Assembly (NCBI GenBank): GCA_001938485.1 | Contig: MQRK01249636.1 | Span: forward strand, 1 to 64,000 | Direction: 5' to 3' | DNA from: Girardia tigrina | Lineage: Eukaryota | DNA length: 64,000 bases | Shown here: positions 25,601 to 38,000 of the stretch, piece by piece | How the letters are laid out: every line of letters starts with the position of its first letter | Numbering within the stretch: the stretch's first letter is position 1 | Notes under the pieces: model-generated | Databases searched by the model: none | What the model saw: the letters and a program-made list of their open reading frames with translations, nothing else | What the model was told of the DNA's origin: nothing | Program-made: the position numbers and the translations under genes

Positions 25601-26389
25601 AGATACCATATGAAAATGAGGATCGGATTCCATTGCGTGTAAATGGGCATTTTTGGTTGGGGGAATTGTTTTCATCGATTGCATCGATGACATATGCCGC
25701 ATGGACATATTGAGACCGTTATTAGTCACATGGGCACCCATTCCCAAATGATACGGCTCGTCTGGTAGGGCGGAATTGTTCATTAGAAACTCACTTGAAG
25801 CGGGTCCATTTTCGGGTAATTGATGATTTGCCGATAAATTAATCGGAGCACTCATGCGATAGAGATTCGGTGGATTTCCCGTTTCTCCGTTCGGATGAGT
25901 GTGTAATAAATGGCTCGACAAACCGTATTTATCGAGTTCTTTCCAACGTTCTTGCATAATCGAATTGTTAGCTTGATCCGGATCGTTTTCGTCCGATGAG
26001 TCTTCATCTTCGGTAGAAAATTCCGAATCCGATTCACTCTCTTCGCTCTCTTCCGACTCGTAATCGAACTCGTCGTTCTGTTCGTTGTGTTCACTAATTG
26101 CCGCGAATTCCGCGCAATTGATACTGCTCGAAGTGTCTTCGGAATTGTTGAGTCCTTTGTATTTGATCGACTGCTCGTAATTCGTGTTTTCACACGGTGT
26201 CGATGAGAGCGACAATGAGGCGGGAGATTTGCTGTGTTTGTTATCGGATATCAAATACAACGCTTTATCGGCGATATCATCCGACACATCAACGTCTTTG
26301 ATTTGATCGCAATCTTGAGTATCATAACTGTTTGAAATTGGTGAGCTTTGATCATTATTATCGGTGATGTTGGTTTTCGTATCGATCAT
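22694..26389 (-). CDS. C2H2 zinc-finger transcription factor (8 fingers; ZFP91/ZNF692/ZNF653-like last fingers; AT-hook-like motif), large exon
   Basis: 1231-aa uninterrupted ORF with eight CxxC/Cx4C...H...H fingers, including [25 protein letters not shown]. Also an acidic N-terminal tract, RPVGRPPR and KRGRKRK. Strong donor CAAG|GTGAG at 22747/22746 suggests the true exon ends at 22747. Confidence 0.92.
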   Translation of the reverse strand: [1231 protein letters not shown]

Positions 26390-27799
26390 CGTCTTTTCGT
26401 GTTTTGTTATATTTACAAAAACATCGTTTGATTGATCTAAAATAATTCAAATATAAAGATTAAATCTAATTATTTTCATTAAAAACAAGAAAATCATTCA
26501 AAAAATTCAAATGAATTATTTTTGAATAATTGAAAAAATTTCGATTTGAATTATTATCGTTTGAAAGTTGCACACAACAATTATTTTAAAGAATGACAAA
26601 AATAAATAAATATTGTTTTTTTCGATTTATAAATATAGAGATATCGATATTGAGAGTTAGAGAAAAATTTTATCAGAAGAATTTTTTTGAATTAATTTTT
26701 TTGTGCAGAAAATTTTTCGAAAATTAATTTTTTGTATTATGTTTTGTTTTTGTTTCAATAATTTTTAATGATCAAGTTTGACAAAATGAATTGTTTTTCG
26801 ATTTGATAACTTTCTTATTGAAAATTTCATTAAACATTAATATATATATATATATATANNNNNNNNNNNNNNNNNNNNNNNNNNNNNNNNNNNNNNNNNN
26901 NNNNNNNNNNNNNNNNNNNNNNNNNNNNNNNNNNNNNNNNNNNNNNNNNNNNNNNNNNNNNNNNNNNNNNNNNNNNNNNNNNNNNNNNNNNNNNNNNNNN
27001 NNNNNNNNNNNNNNNNNNNNNNNNNNNNNNNNNNNNNNNNNNNNNNNNNNNNNNNNNNNNNNNNNNNNNNNNNNNNNNNNNNNNNNNNNNNNNNNNNNNN
27101 NNNNNNNNNNNNNNNNNNNNNNNNNNNNNNNNNNNNNNNNNNNNNNNNNNNNNNNNNNNNNNNNNNNNNNNNNNNNNNNNNNNNNNNNNNNNNNNNNNNN
27201 NNNNNNNNNNNNNNNNNNNNNNNNNNNNNNNNNNNNNNNNNNNNNNNNNNNNNNNNNNNNNNNNNNNNNNNNNNNNNNNNNNNNNNNNNNNNNNNNNNNN
27301 NNNNNNNNNNNNNNNNNNNNNNNNNNNNNNNNNNNNNNNNNNNNNNNNNNNNNNNNNNNNNNNNNNNNNNNNNNNNNNNNNNNNNNNNNNNNNNNNNNNN
27401 NNNNNNNNNNNNNNNNNNNNNNNNNNNNNNNNNNNNNNNNNNNNNNNNNNNNNNNNNNNNNNNNNNNNNNNNNNNNNNNNNNNNNNNNNNNNNNNNNNNN
27501 NNNNNNNNNNNNNNNNNNNNNNNNNNNNNNNNNNNNNNNNNNNNNNNNNNNNNNNNNNNNNNNNNNNNNNNNNNNNNNNNNNNNNNNNNNNNNNNNNNNN
27601 NNNNNNNNNNNNNNNNNNNNNNNNNNNNNNNNNNNNNNNNNNNNNNNNNNNNNNNNNNNNNNNNNNNNNNNNNNNNNNNNNNNNNNNNNNNNNNNNNNNN
27701 NNNNNNNNNNNNNTATATATATATTATAATACTCAAAATATACAGCTAGCTATTAAAAAACGCATTTCAAATTAAACTCAATTATAATCCTGGTTTTAA

Positions 27800-30612
27800 A
27801 AATAATTCATCACCGATTTTTATTCCCTTGTTTGCACCTCGCGTTCCGGACCGGGATCTATCAGATTTAACGATTTCGACAGGAGCAGCCTCCGTTTCTG
27901 AGAGAATATTATCGATGCCGGTATGACGCCATCAACATTCGGGATTGCATTATACCACGCAACTATCTCGCTTACCAAACGTCCGCTCCGAGCCACCATG
28001 CGATTAATTGTCCTATGGCAGCATTCCACGATCCCACTACCACTCGAACGGTTTAAACATCTAAAGTGGGCGTCGATACCTGCCCGTTCCAGTAGCTTTA
28101 GCACTCTGCATCTCCTAAATGTACTATAATTATCTAAAATTACTTCGTTTGTGGACCGAATTCGTTCCATATGCTGATCATCGCAGAGAATATGTCTGCT
28201 TCATTTTCCGATACAATTTGGCGCCAAATCATGAAACGCCCCGGGCCACAGTATCTTCTATGATTACTCCGCCAATGTAGACGCAAATTTCGATCGCAAT
28301 GGAGCTTGCGTTGCACNNNNNNNNNNNNNNCCCGCCCCTCCTCGCTATGGGGCACTTCCTAATCACCCTGGACTGGATCTTCTGTTTGTAATCTGAGTGC
28401 CAACTGTTGTGCGATCTGTGTAATTTACGGGTCCACCACTGCATCCCGATCGCCGTTGCTAGCTAGCATTTTGATTACACTGCACGCTGGTCGAATCCAC
28501 CCGCCAAGCGGATAATGACCCATCAGGCAACTGGTTGATGCAAATAATTCACGGCGAGTGATGCAATTTTGGACTGGTTGAACGTCTCCATTGCGCCGCC
28601 ACTGTAACCGACCATTTGCGCCAACCTTCAATATTAACTCTAGCACCCGGCCACTATCTATCGGCATTGGGTCTTTCGCTTCTCGATCGAAGCTCTGCAG
28701 CATTACCATTAACCGATTCACCGGCAATTCGGCCACAATGACCGCGATATCATCGTAATAGGCGTCGGTGTTTGCCCGTACGATGGTATACAATTCCAGG
28801 ACGTGCAATAATATTTTCTGTATGATTTTTGGGGCGACGTTTAGGCCGAAACCGAGCCTTGTTAAGTACAAATATTTGTTTCGGTGTTTTACCACCTGGT
28901 ACGCCCACCAAGATCGGTCGACCTTTATGTAAAGATACCCTCGCCTAAGATAAATCAATAATAGTAAGAATTCAACCCATTCGACGCCATTTTTTAAATT
29001 TTTCAGCGCAAAGCAAACTTTCAGCGGTGTGACTAAAAACCGACTCATTGAGGTTCCAGTAGTCGAGTACCGGCCGAATTTTTCCTTTTGATTCTTGTAG
29101 CACTGTCATGAACGGCAGAGTCGGTTGGAGGCTGCTTTCACACTCCACCAACCATCCCCTGTACTTCCAGTCCCCGAGTTCGGTGCTCACATCTTCTTCA
29201 TGTTCTATGACCGATGCGTACTCTGAAACACTGCCGCGAACTGGCGGTGCCCGCCCATCTTTTCATCACCATGTCACGGACCTGGACGATCCGTCGAATA
29301 CCGCGGTGAAATCTTGATCGACGATCTGAGTTGGTTCTGCTCCATTCACTATACTCGTTTTGGACCACAGTCGATTATTTGTGTTACTTAGCGGTACAGC
29401 CACGGTTGCCCAGAGAAGTTCTCCGCGACTATTCTTTAACTCGCTTCATTCTAAATGAGATTTATTACTCGTATTTACTCTAAATTTGACTTTCTCCCTC
29501 GGTAATCCCAATAGTCACCCTCCCAGTGGCTGTATTGCGACCATTCCTAATATCATGTCTGCCCGATCGGTTTAAATCACCGAACCAACAGAACCCCGCA
29601 TTTCAACGGGTGCCCCATAACTTCAAATTCCATCCAGGTTCCTTAAGATACCACTGCTTGGCCAAGTACTGCCTGCAGTTCATAAATGCCTGCTCCACTT
29701 GATCTGGCTGCACTAGCAGCTGTTCCATCACTGTTACATAGCAACCAGTGTCGATCAGTGCCTTTATACACTGAAACCCAACTTGGATGTCGATCACAGG
29801 TAACTGGGCGTGGAAGCTCATAGGTACCCTCCCTGCTCAGAAGAGAGGACCTGTTGATGTTTTCCCGATTTGATTTTTCGTTGTGGGCATGCCACACAGA
29901 AGTGATCCGATGCGTCGCATATGAAGTACGCTCTTGATTTTGGAGTCGATGATCGGCCTGTTTCCGCCTCTGACTTTGTCCTGCAATCTCGTTGCAGGTG
30001 CCCCCGCCTGTTGCACTTGCAGCATCGCCTCGGATCGACACTACCCTTATCGTTTGATGCCGTGGCCTCCGCTGAATCAGTTGCTGATTCAACGGGATAA
30101 CTCGTGCTCGTGTTGATATAGAGGAGGGACAGAGCTACTGAGATCATTTACTGATTCAACGGGATAACTCGTGCTCGTGTTGATATAGAGGAGGGACAGA
30201 GCTACTGAGATCATTTCGAACAGAGGAATCTCTCTCTTCCTGGTCTCCAACGCCAAGAATATCGATATTTCGGCCGGTAGGCCTGCCAGAAACGCATGCC
30301 GCAGGAATCTTTCCTGGGGTTCCCGCCGCACGCAGATTACCGTTACGAGTCGTTGCAGGGCTGCCATAAATTCCTCGACCAATTCTCCTGGTCGAAAACT
30401 TCTCGACCTGAATTCCTTAAACGTCTCCTGAGGATTGGGCCATACGCCGCTGACAATGCCCCCTTTACTTACTCGCAGTTCTTTTGGTCCTCGATAGTTA
30501 GTCCTGCAAATAAATCAAAGGCTCTCTCATCCAGAAGCATCGGTAGAGCCGCTATCTTGTCCACTTCACATACTGACGCCACGGCTTCAAATTTTCAGCA
30601 CCAGACCCCAAG
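27800..30612 (-). mobile_element. GC-rich divergent Ty3/gypsy internal region (gag, CCHC, protease, RT, partial RNase H, partial integrase)
   Basis: CCKCNRRGHLQRDC and CDASDHFCVAC; protease ALIDTGC; RT KIRPVLDY...LTRLGFGLNVAPKI...AYYDDI; RNase H CNASSIA; integrase VILDN...GIVECCHRTI. Frameshifts and internal deletion. Confidence 0.88.
30084..30216. repeat. Exact tandem duplication of a 66-bp unit (period 67)
   Basis: ctgattcaacggg...gagatcattt at 30084-30149 and 30151-30216. Confidence 0.95.
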
Positions 30613-31438
30613 TCTTTCTTGTTGCAGCCCTTTTACTGTTTTCTGCAATGAAGTAATACGTTTGTTCAGTTCTGAAACTGCATCCCTAAGCATTCGAATT
30701 TCATCATTCTTGGCCAGCACATTTATTGTTGCCGACATCTCCTGAGTTACACATTCTTTTTTTATCATCTCGAATGCTTCATCCAAAGTTTTAGGATGCA
30801 ACACTTTTAGTGCCTTTTGAGCTATGTCATTCATTAAACTATTTATAAAACCTTAGAGAGTTTTTGGCTCTCTTTCTTCGGAGGTCAACTCCGGTAATTC
30901 ATTAAAACAACGAATTCTTACTTCTTTCATAAACTCCTTCGTTGACTGACTATCCTTCTGTCGAATTCCGAATAGTTTCATCCACGATGAAATATCTGAC
31001 TTCTTTCATCCGAACAACTTCAAAAATGTTTCCTTGAGCCATTCGAAACTCTTTTGGTTTTGGGTGTAACTCCACTGCGACATCAGAAAACACTGAACAT
31101 CTTCCCCTAAGTATTCCATAAAGAAGTCAGTTTGTGTTTCCTCCGATATTTCAAGTTGCCGCATAAATCCATCCATGCATTTCAAAAATTGGGCAACATC
31201 GTCCCCTTCGAATGTTTTCGGAGTTTTGGCAGAGTCCTTTTTCAGGATTCTATTCAAAATTACTTCCAGTAATTTCGACTGGTAATCTCCACCATCGGCT
31301 TTGATCCTGCTCACGATGCCAATGTTGTGAAAGAGAGTATCTAACTAAGAAAAATATATTTGAATTAGAATTTACAATAATGATTATTAAAATAACACAC
31401 ACATTAAAATACATTAATATTTACATAATTATTCCACA
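30613..31438 (-). mobile_element. 5' part of a second LTR retrotransposon: ~116-bp LTR (31323-31438), tRNA primer-binding site (31304-31321), gag
   Basis: Minus strand reads TGTGGAA...TTCACAACA, then T, then TGGCATCGTGAGCAGGAT (tRNA-Ser-like PBS, inferred). Gag-like PKTFEGDDVAQFLK...PKTLDEAFEMIKKE. Confidence 0.7.
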
Positions 31439-31971
31439 TCTCTAAAGAAATAAATTGGTTTTTAGACTTACAGTCAACTTTAAGTGTAGGTTTTTATTAA
31501 TACTCTTTCGAACCATGAATACTTCATTCATAATGTATTTAGTCGATAATAATACAGATTATGTACAAATTCTACAAATAGACTTATGAAATAAATAATC
31601 AGTTGTTTCTGGTGATCGATTTATAGATAGACAAATGATGATTACTTTCTCTCGTCTTGATTTTTTTAAGTTTCAAAAATAATTATTCATTCTACAAATG
31701 TAATAATTTTTATTATAAATAATATTAAAAAATTTATTAAATCAAAAATAATTTTCCAAACGTGTATCGATTATAAAAAAGTAATTAATCTATAAATATT
31801 TCTATCAAACCAATTGAACTACAGCTTATTTCTTTTAATCTATTAAAAAAGCCGATTGTTTAAATAAATCAATTTTTCAATTTTCATGACCTAATTTATA
31901 AGTTAAATTTTAAAAAATTTTAAATTTACGTTTATCTTAAATTTACCAAAGAAATCTAATTGGGTTTACTC

Positions 31972-32069
31972 ATGTCAGAAAATATTGAAAGTTTAGAAAA
32001 TTTACTTCAACAGCATGGCTTACATGATAATGAATTTGTTAGAAAATTGTTGTACGGAAAGGCTTTACC
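31972..32069 (+). CDS. UPB1: UPB1 exon 1 ([32 protein letters not shown])
   Basis: ATG at 31972, followed by a 46-nt GT-AG intron. Confidence 0.9.
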
Positions 32070-35000
32070 GTATCTTTGTATTTACACTGTAGACATGCAT
32101 AATAATTACATATAGGAAATTAAATATTGATCAACAAACTATCGAAGAGGCCGAGTCATTAAATCTTGATTTTCAGTTTTACGCGATTAAAGCCAAATCA
32201 GAATCGACACGACTGCCACAACTAGTGCGAGTTGGCGCCGTCCAACACAAGATTGTTCTTCCAACGACCGATCCCGTGTCAGATCAGGTTGATTTTGTGA
32301 TTATTTCAGTTAATTGTTTCATTTTGTTTGAAGAAATTAAACAATAAATTTATTTTTATTCATTTGATTTAATAAAAATATTTATAATTTAACTAATAGT
32401 TTATCAGGTACTGGAAAAATAGTGAGCGTTTCTATCGGCCAATTTCAAAAATCTAAATAATCCATTAAGCAAATTTTTATTCTATAAAATATCATTTAAC
32501 AAGCCAGATCATGCCGCATGAATAAAAAGCGATCCACTTCTTTTTGGTATAATTTTCATTTGTAAAGTGTTGGGTTTTGAGGACATTTGATTGAGAACGA
32601 ATTGTAATCTGTTGGAAAGTTGTCTTTGGCCTATAAGGTGAATTTGACAAAATTTTCCAGCTAACTTCTATTAGCTTATCGTTGTCCTTATTTACAAATT
32701 GCATACTGCTTTATCGTAAAGTATTATAATTTCTTTTCTGTTTGTCAATAAAGCTTTGGTATCCAGCCACATTTTGTAAACTATAGCAATAGTATAAAAC
32801 ACAATATAAATCAACAGAAATAGTTTGGCCTCGAGGAATATAAATCACATGAATAAGTCCTGAAGTGCATCAAATTGTCACCATATCTTTCAATGATGAA
32901 TATCTTACTTCGCAATTGTTCTTGCTGCAATCTTGCTCTCAATCCAAAATAACTCGATCATTTGAATTTCCATAAGTCATCTATTAATTAATACTATTTG
33001 CAGTCAACTTTAGTATAGTTTTTAATTAATACTCTTTCGTCACAGGTAAAAATTTGAATTATGAAAGGACTACTGGCGGCACAGACAAGTAAACAATTAC
33101 AGATGACGAAGAGTTATTTTGTTGTTCTCACTCAATTTGTGTGGTTGACATTTGTCAAGTTTTAACATAATCCAATAATATTGAGGTGTTTCTTGCTGAT
33201 TGATTCATCACATTTTATTATTTTTCTAATTTATTTACATATTACACGTAGATTGTCAACCAAACACTTACGCATGTCTTCGTATTAATATGAAAATGGA
33301 CCTCTCGAGCGTGATTTGTCTTCAAGGTTTTCATCTTCAAATATTCTAACCAGAGTTTTTACTGAAAGAATACGTATTTTTCTACGAGTTTCAGATGTTT
33401 TTTAACCATATTGTAATCATAAAGCGAGGCAGTGGAAATTTGAAAACATAAATGCGTCGTTTGAGATGAAAAATAATCAAAATTGAGATCTATTGAAAAA
33501 ACCCCAAAATTAACTATTAAAACATTTACCCAAAAATTACACTATGAAAAAATTGGACCTGAAAATTTCCCTTATAAAAAAGAAGAAACATTTGGATTAA
33601 TAAAAAAAATCAAAAATTATACTTTAAATATATTATTATTGAAGAACCTGAGCATGATAAGAACTTTAAAGGTCACATAATGTTTCGAAACAACATCCAA
33701 GTACATTATCACGCGACAAGAATTCTAGTAAATACGCCACTGGTTCCGTTTTCTTGATTCACATCATTCACTTATCACATTTTTTTACATTTCGTTCCAA
33801 TACGATTCAATAGCCTCAGTTTGGATACCGGTAACAGAATGCACAAAGAAAAATTGTGCTTAACAGAGCATTGAAAGTTAATCTTGTACGTAAGTTCGAT
33901 TATCAGCACTGTCACAACTCGAATATTGGAGAGATAAATCCTCATCTCAAAACAAGGATTTGTGAACATTCACAGCCGAGTTTGTTGCAAGGATATAACC
34001 CTTCCCATTTAAAGATGAGTTTTCCATTATTCAAACTAACTTTGATTTACATTGTGAGAGTTGATATTGTGAAGCAATGTTAATCAGACACTATAACTCA
34101 TTGATTAATATTCAAAATAGGAATAGTAGGGCAGCGATAATAATAGATATTTTTAAATTCTACTTGAATTTAATAATTTTTCTAAATTTTCTTCAATTTT
34201 ATATGGTTTCTTTTTTCCGGGAATCAGGATTTTTATTTAATGTTTTTGTAAGTTTTTAGTGAGAAGATTTAATTTATATAAATATAAGCTTTAATTGCTT
34301 TGCAAGTGTTAATAACCATAATTGAGCAATATAATTTTGATTATAACCAAGCAAATTGATGCAAATGACGTAGGTGTTGACAAAAATAACAATCACAGCT
34401 CAGGCCTCACCATCACCAGGTTTCAGATGATCGAATATTATTCTTATTTTATTGTAATGAATCTTTACTATGGTTGTAAAACCAATTAATTATACCAAGA
34501 TGTATATTTTGGATAGGTAAAATACGGATTGGATATGTATAAAATTTCATATAGAATAAGGGAACAATACAATTTATTTTCCTTCATAAAATTTAATCAA
34601 AACAAAGGTTTTTTCTATTAAGCATTTATTGTTTCGAAAATACAACAAAATTAAATAATTAAATACGGTAGACCTGGCCATTCCAGCATGGCTGGTGATT
34701 TTAAAATATGCCGGAATATACAGTTTGTCGGAATAGAAAGAGTCAGAACAAATACCGTGATTGAAAAATGGGGATTTTCGAACCTGTCGGATTAAAGACG
34801 GACGGATTAGACAGGTTCAACTGTATATTATTATAACCATTTAATTTAAATTAAACCCAATTGATACTGTTGAATGTTTCTTTCTTCCATTGAAACATTA
34901 TCAGCATACAATCTCAATTGAATTATTTTCCCAACTTCCTTTTCTTAAGATTAAAACTTATTATCCCCAATGTCTAACAATTCAAGCAGCTCTCTTGTAA

Positions 35001-38000
35001 GTATGATCGACACAATGATACTCCGCTAGTTTGATTGTAGCTGGATTCGTTCACACCCTTAAAGTTAGTTTTCAGTTTGAAAATCTTGATAAATTAAAGT
35101 ACAAATAACGAAATGATATAACGATTATCGAAGGTTACTTATGTTTATTCTTAAAAAGTTTGTTGCTCTCTGGCGGAGCCTGGTTTATTCTCGTTCCGGT
35201 ACATAAATAAATAAAAATTGATCTGTAAAATCTAATGTCTTATTTTTAATATATTTATGTTAAATGAACTGATAAAACGATTATTGAAGGTTATTTATGT
35301 TTATTCTTATATAATTTGTCGCTCTCTATTGGAGACTGGTTTATTGTGGTTCCAGTACATAAACATAAACCAGTGTGAATTTATTTTGATTTGGAATCAC
35401 TAAATTCTTGTGATATTTTAGATAGAGCAAAATGATAAAAAAGCTTTAATTTGTTATTGTTCTTGTTTGTATTTAATAAAAATTATCTATAATCGTTTGT
35501 ATTTTATCTTTATGTTATTTTTATACTATATTTTATAATTTGTTGATAAATTTTAATTTTTGTTGTTCTCACTAGTTTTCAATCACTTTTTTAAACATTT
35601 TATATCCGCGTTATTTTTGTTTGTAACAATTTCATATGGAAAAAATTGGATTTGACTTCATATACCAAAAAAATAAAAAAAAATATTTTCATTGCAATTG
35701 CGAATCTCTATAGAATCCATATTATTATTTCTTGACACTACTTGACCGAACGGATATTGGGTAATTTGCGCATTTACTGTCTTGTTGTTGTTAATAAGTT
35801 GAAATTCAAACAATAAAATTTATTCACATTTTCTCCATTATTTTGTAACAGTTTCACTGTTGATATGTGTTAGGGGTAACCGGACAATGCGGAGCCACAC
35901 AATTCGTCGTGGACAATTCGTCGCAGGATACAAATAATTTAACACAAATAATTTTCTTTCTTTAATTAATTCATTAAATTAATGTTGTGGCCGTAAGTAA
36001 TCGATTGATGTGACATTCTCATAATCCAGTAAAACCGTGTGCAGTCGACGGTCCAGATCTTGATATTTCTTTTTCCTCAGACAAGGATCTTCACCTACAA
36101 ACATTTGCTCAAAGTTTATTTGGTTCATGTTCTGTTCTTTCTGAAGTTTGCCTACTAACCTCGACAGAATTGGGTGTGCAAATGCATTGTACCATCCTTC
36201 AACTGCGTTGTTATGGCAAGGAATGTTATCTCGGAGAGCTTGATAGCAGTTCCAGATATCGAATGAAAAACAAGCACCACCTCTTCGTCGTCTTCGTCTA
36301 CCTTTTTAATTGTTCTTTTTAATACAAATTTAAATTTTTATTTTTTGCACTTTCATTTTCATTTTTAGATATTTTTAATATTTTTATTTTCCAAATTTTT
36401 AATAAAATTCTTTTTTTTGTATTCGGTTTTTGTATACTGGTCATTCGTGTTTAAATTTTGGTTTTTAAATTCTGATAAAATAGAGCGAAGTTTTTCATTA
36501 GTTAATTGCTTTTTCACAATTTCAGAATTATTTTGGATCTTTTTCTCTTGATTTTTGAAAATATTTCCAAAAAAATTTTTTTTATTTAAAATTTTTTTAT
36601 TTTTAAAATTTTTATTATAAAAAGACAAAAACTTTCATTTTTATAATTAAAAATATTTTATTCGTTAAATTTTTTATTTCTGCAACGAATCGTGTTAGGG
36701 TCCCTTTGGAGTTTCATAATGGCAATGAGAATATTTTAAACATTTTATCAATTATCAAAATAGTGTAATGAAAATGTCAATATTCACGTAGTAATGCAAT
36801 TCTATTCTGACTCAAATAATTAGATGTATGTTCTAATCATAAATATATGCAAAAATAATAAAATGTGCACCTCCTACAAAATGTGTCTCTGAACTCCAAT
36901 CAATAAGGAAAATGCAAATAAATTCTGATTGTTTGTTTCCAAAATGCACGATTACCACCATTAAAATTATCATTATAAACATTCTTTACATCACTGTCGT
37001 ATTAGGCATCATTCTTGATTTATAAATTTCTATTCTTCGATTTGTAATTATTCAAACAAGATTACTATAATTAATTTATCATTTTTATTATTACAGTTAT
37101 TATTAACAATTCAACTTTTCATATATCACATTTTAATTGACTTTCAAATTCTGTCTGAATAGTCGAAATCTATATTGGGTTGAGGAATAAGTTCCCGCCG
37201 TTTTTTGAAAAATTAAAATTTTATTTTTTAACAAAAAAGTTACTACAAATTAATCACAAATATAATCTCCGCCATTGTTCACGACTTTTTCCCAACGTTC
37301 AACGAGTTTTTCAATGTCTCTTTTGTAGAAATCACCCGGTCTTGACTCAAAAATTGATGAAAAATTCAAAAAACGGCGGGAACTTATTCCTCAACCTAAT
37401 AATTCAATTAAACCAATAACAGGCTTTTAAAAGATCAACTTTATAACGTCATATAAGATACAAAACACAACCCTCGAATAAAGTCCTGACAAACTAGTTT
37501 TACACTAAAGTTTATCTTGGGATAATTGCGTGAAATACTTAAATTTGGCGATAAGTAACTGTTAACACATCTAGTTCTGGACGTTTCATATTATTAAATG
37601 AATTTTGCTTTTAGGTATTAGCCATCCATGATCGAGTTAAGAAAATAGTTGAAGTTGCCGCAAAAAGTGAAGTGAATATTATATGCTTTCAGGAAACTTG
37701 GAGTAAGTCTAATATTTCATTTAAACTCCTTCAATATAAATAGTTTATGGAAATAATTTTCTGGAAATTTTATCGCAAGGAACTTACATCTGCTTTCAAT
37801 TTTACAGATTAAATTCTTTTGGAGATTTGGTAATACATATCCCCATGGGATCTTATCACAGATATTGGGTTCGGATTCAAAAGTTAAACTCATGACACGA
37901 AATTTTATTTCTATAAACAATTAAAGTTTTTTTAAAAAAAATTTTCGAGGAACTTTTGCACTTTCTTTTTACACAAAGCATTATAAATAAAATAGATATT

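Noticed and set aside
24408-26193. Short ORFs overlapping the zinc-finger exon
   Set aside because: Antisense or alternative-frame shadows with no recognisable motifs.
30084-30216. Exact repeats as a CRISPR-like array
   Set aside because: Only two adjacent copies, no spacers, eukaryotic context. A tandem duplication or assembly slip.
31471-33039. ~40-bp direct repeat (31471-31510 and 33001-33039) flanking UPB1 exons 1-2
   Set aside because: Short, diverged and AT-rich. Likely fragments of a dispersed repeat, with no evidence of a mobilised unit.
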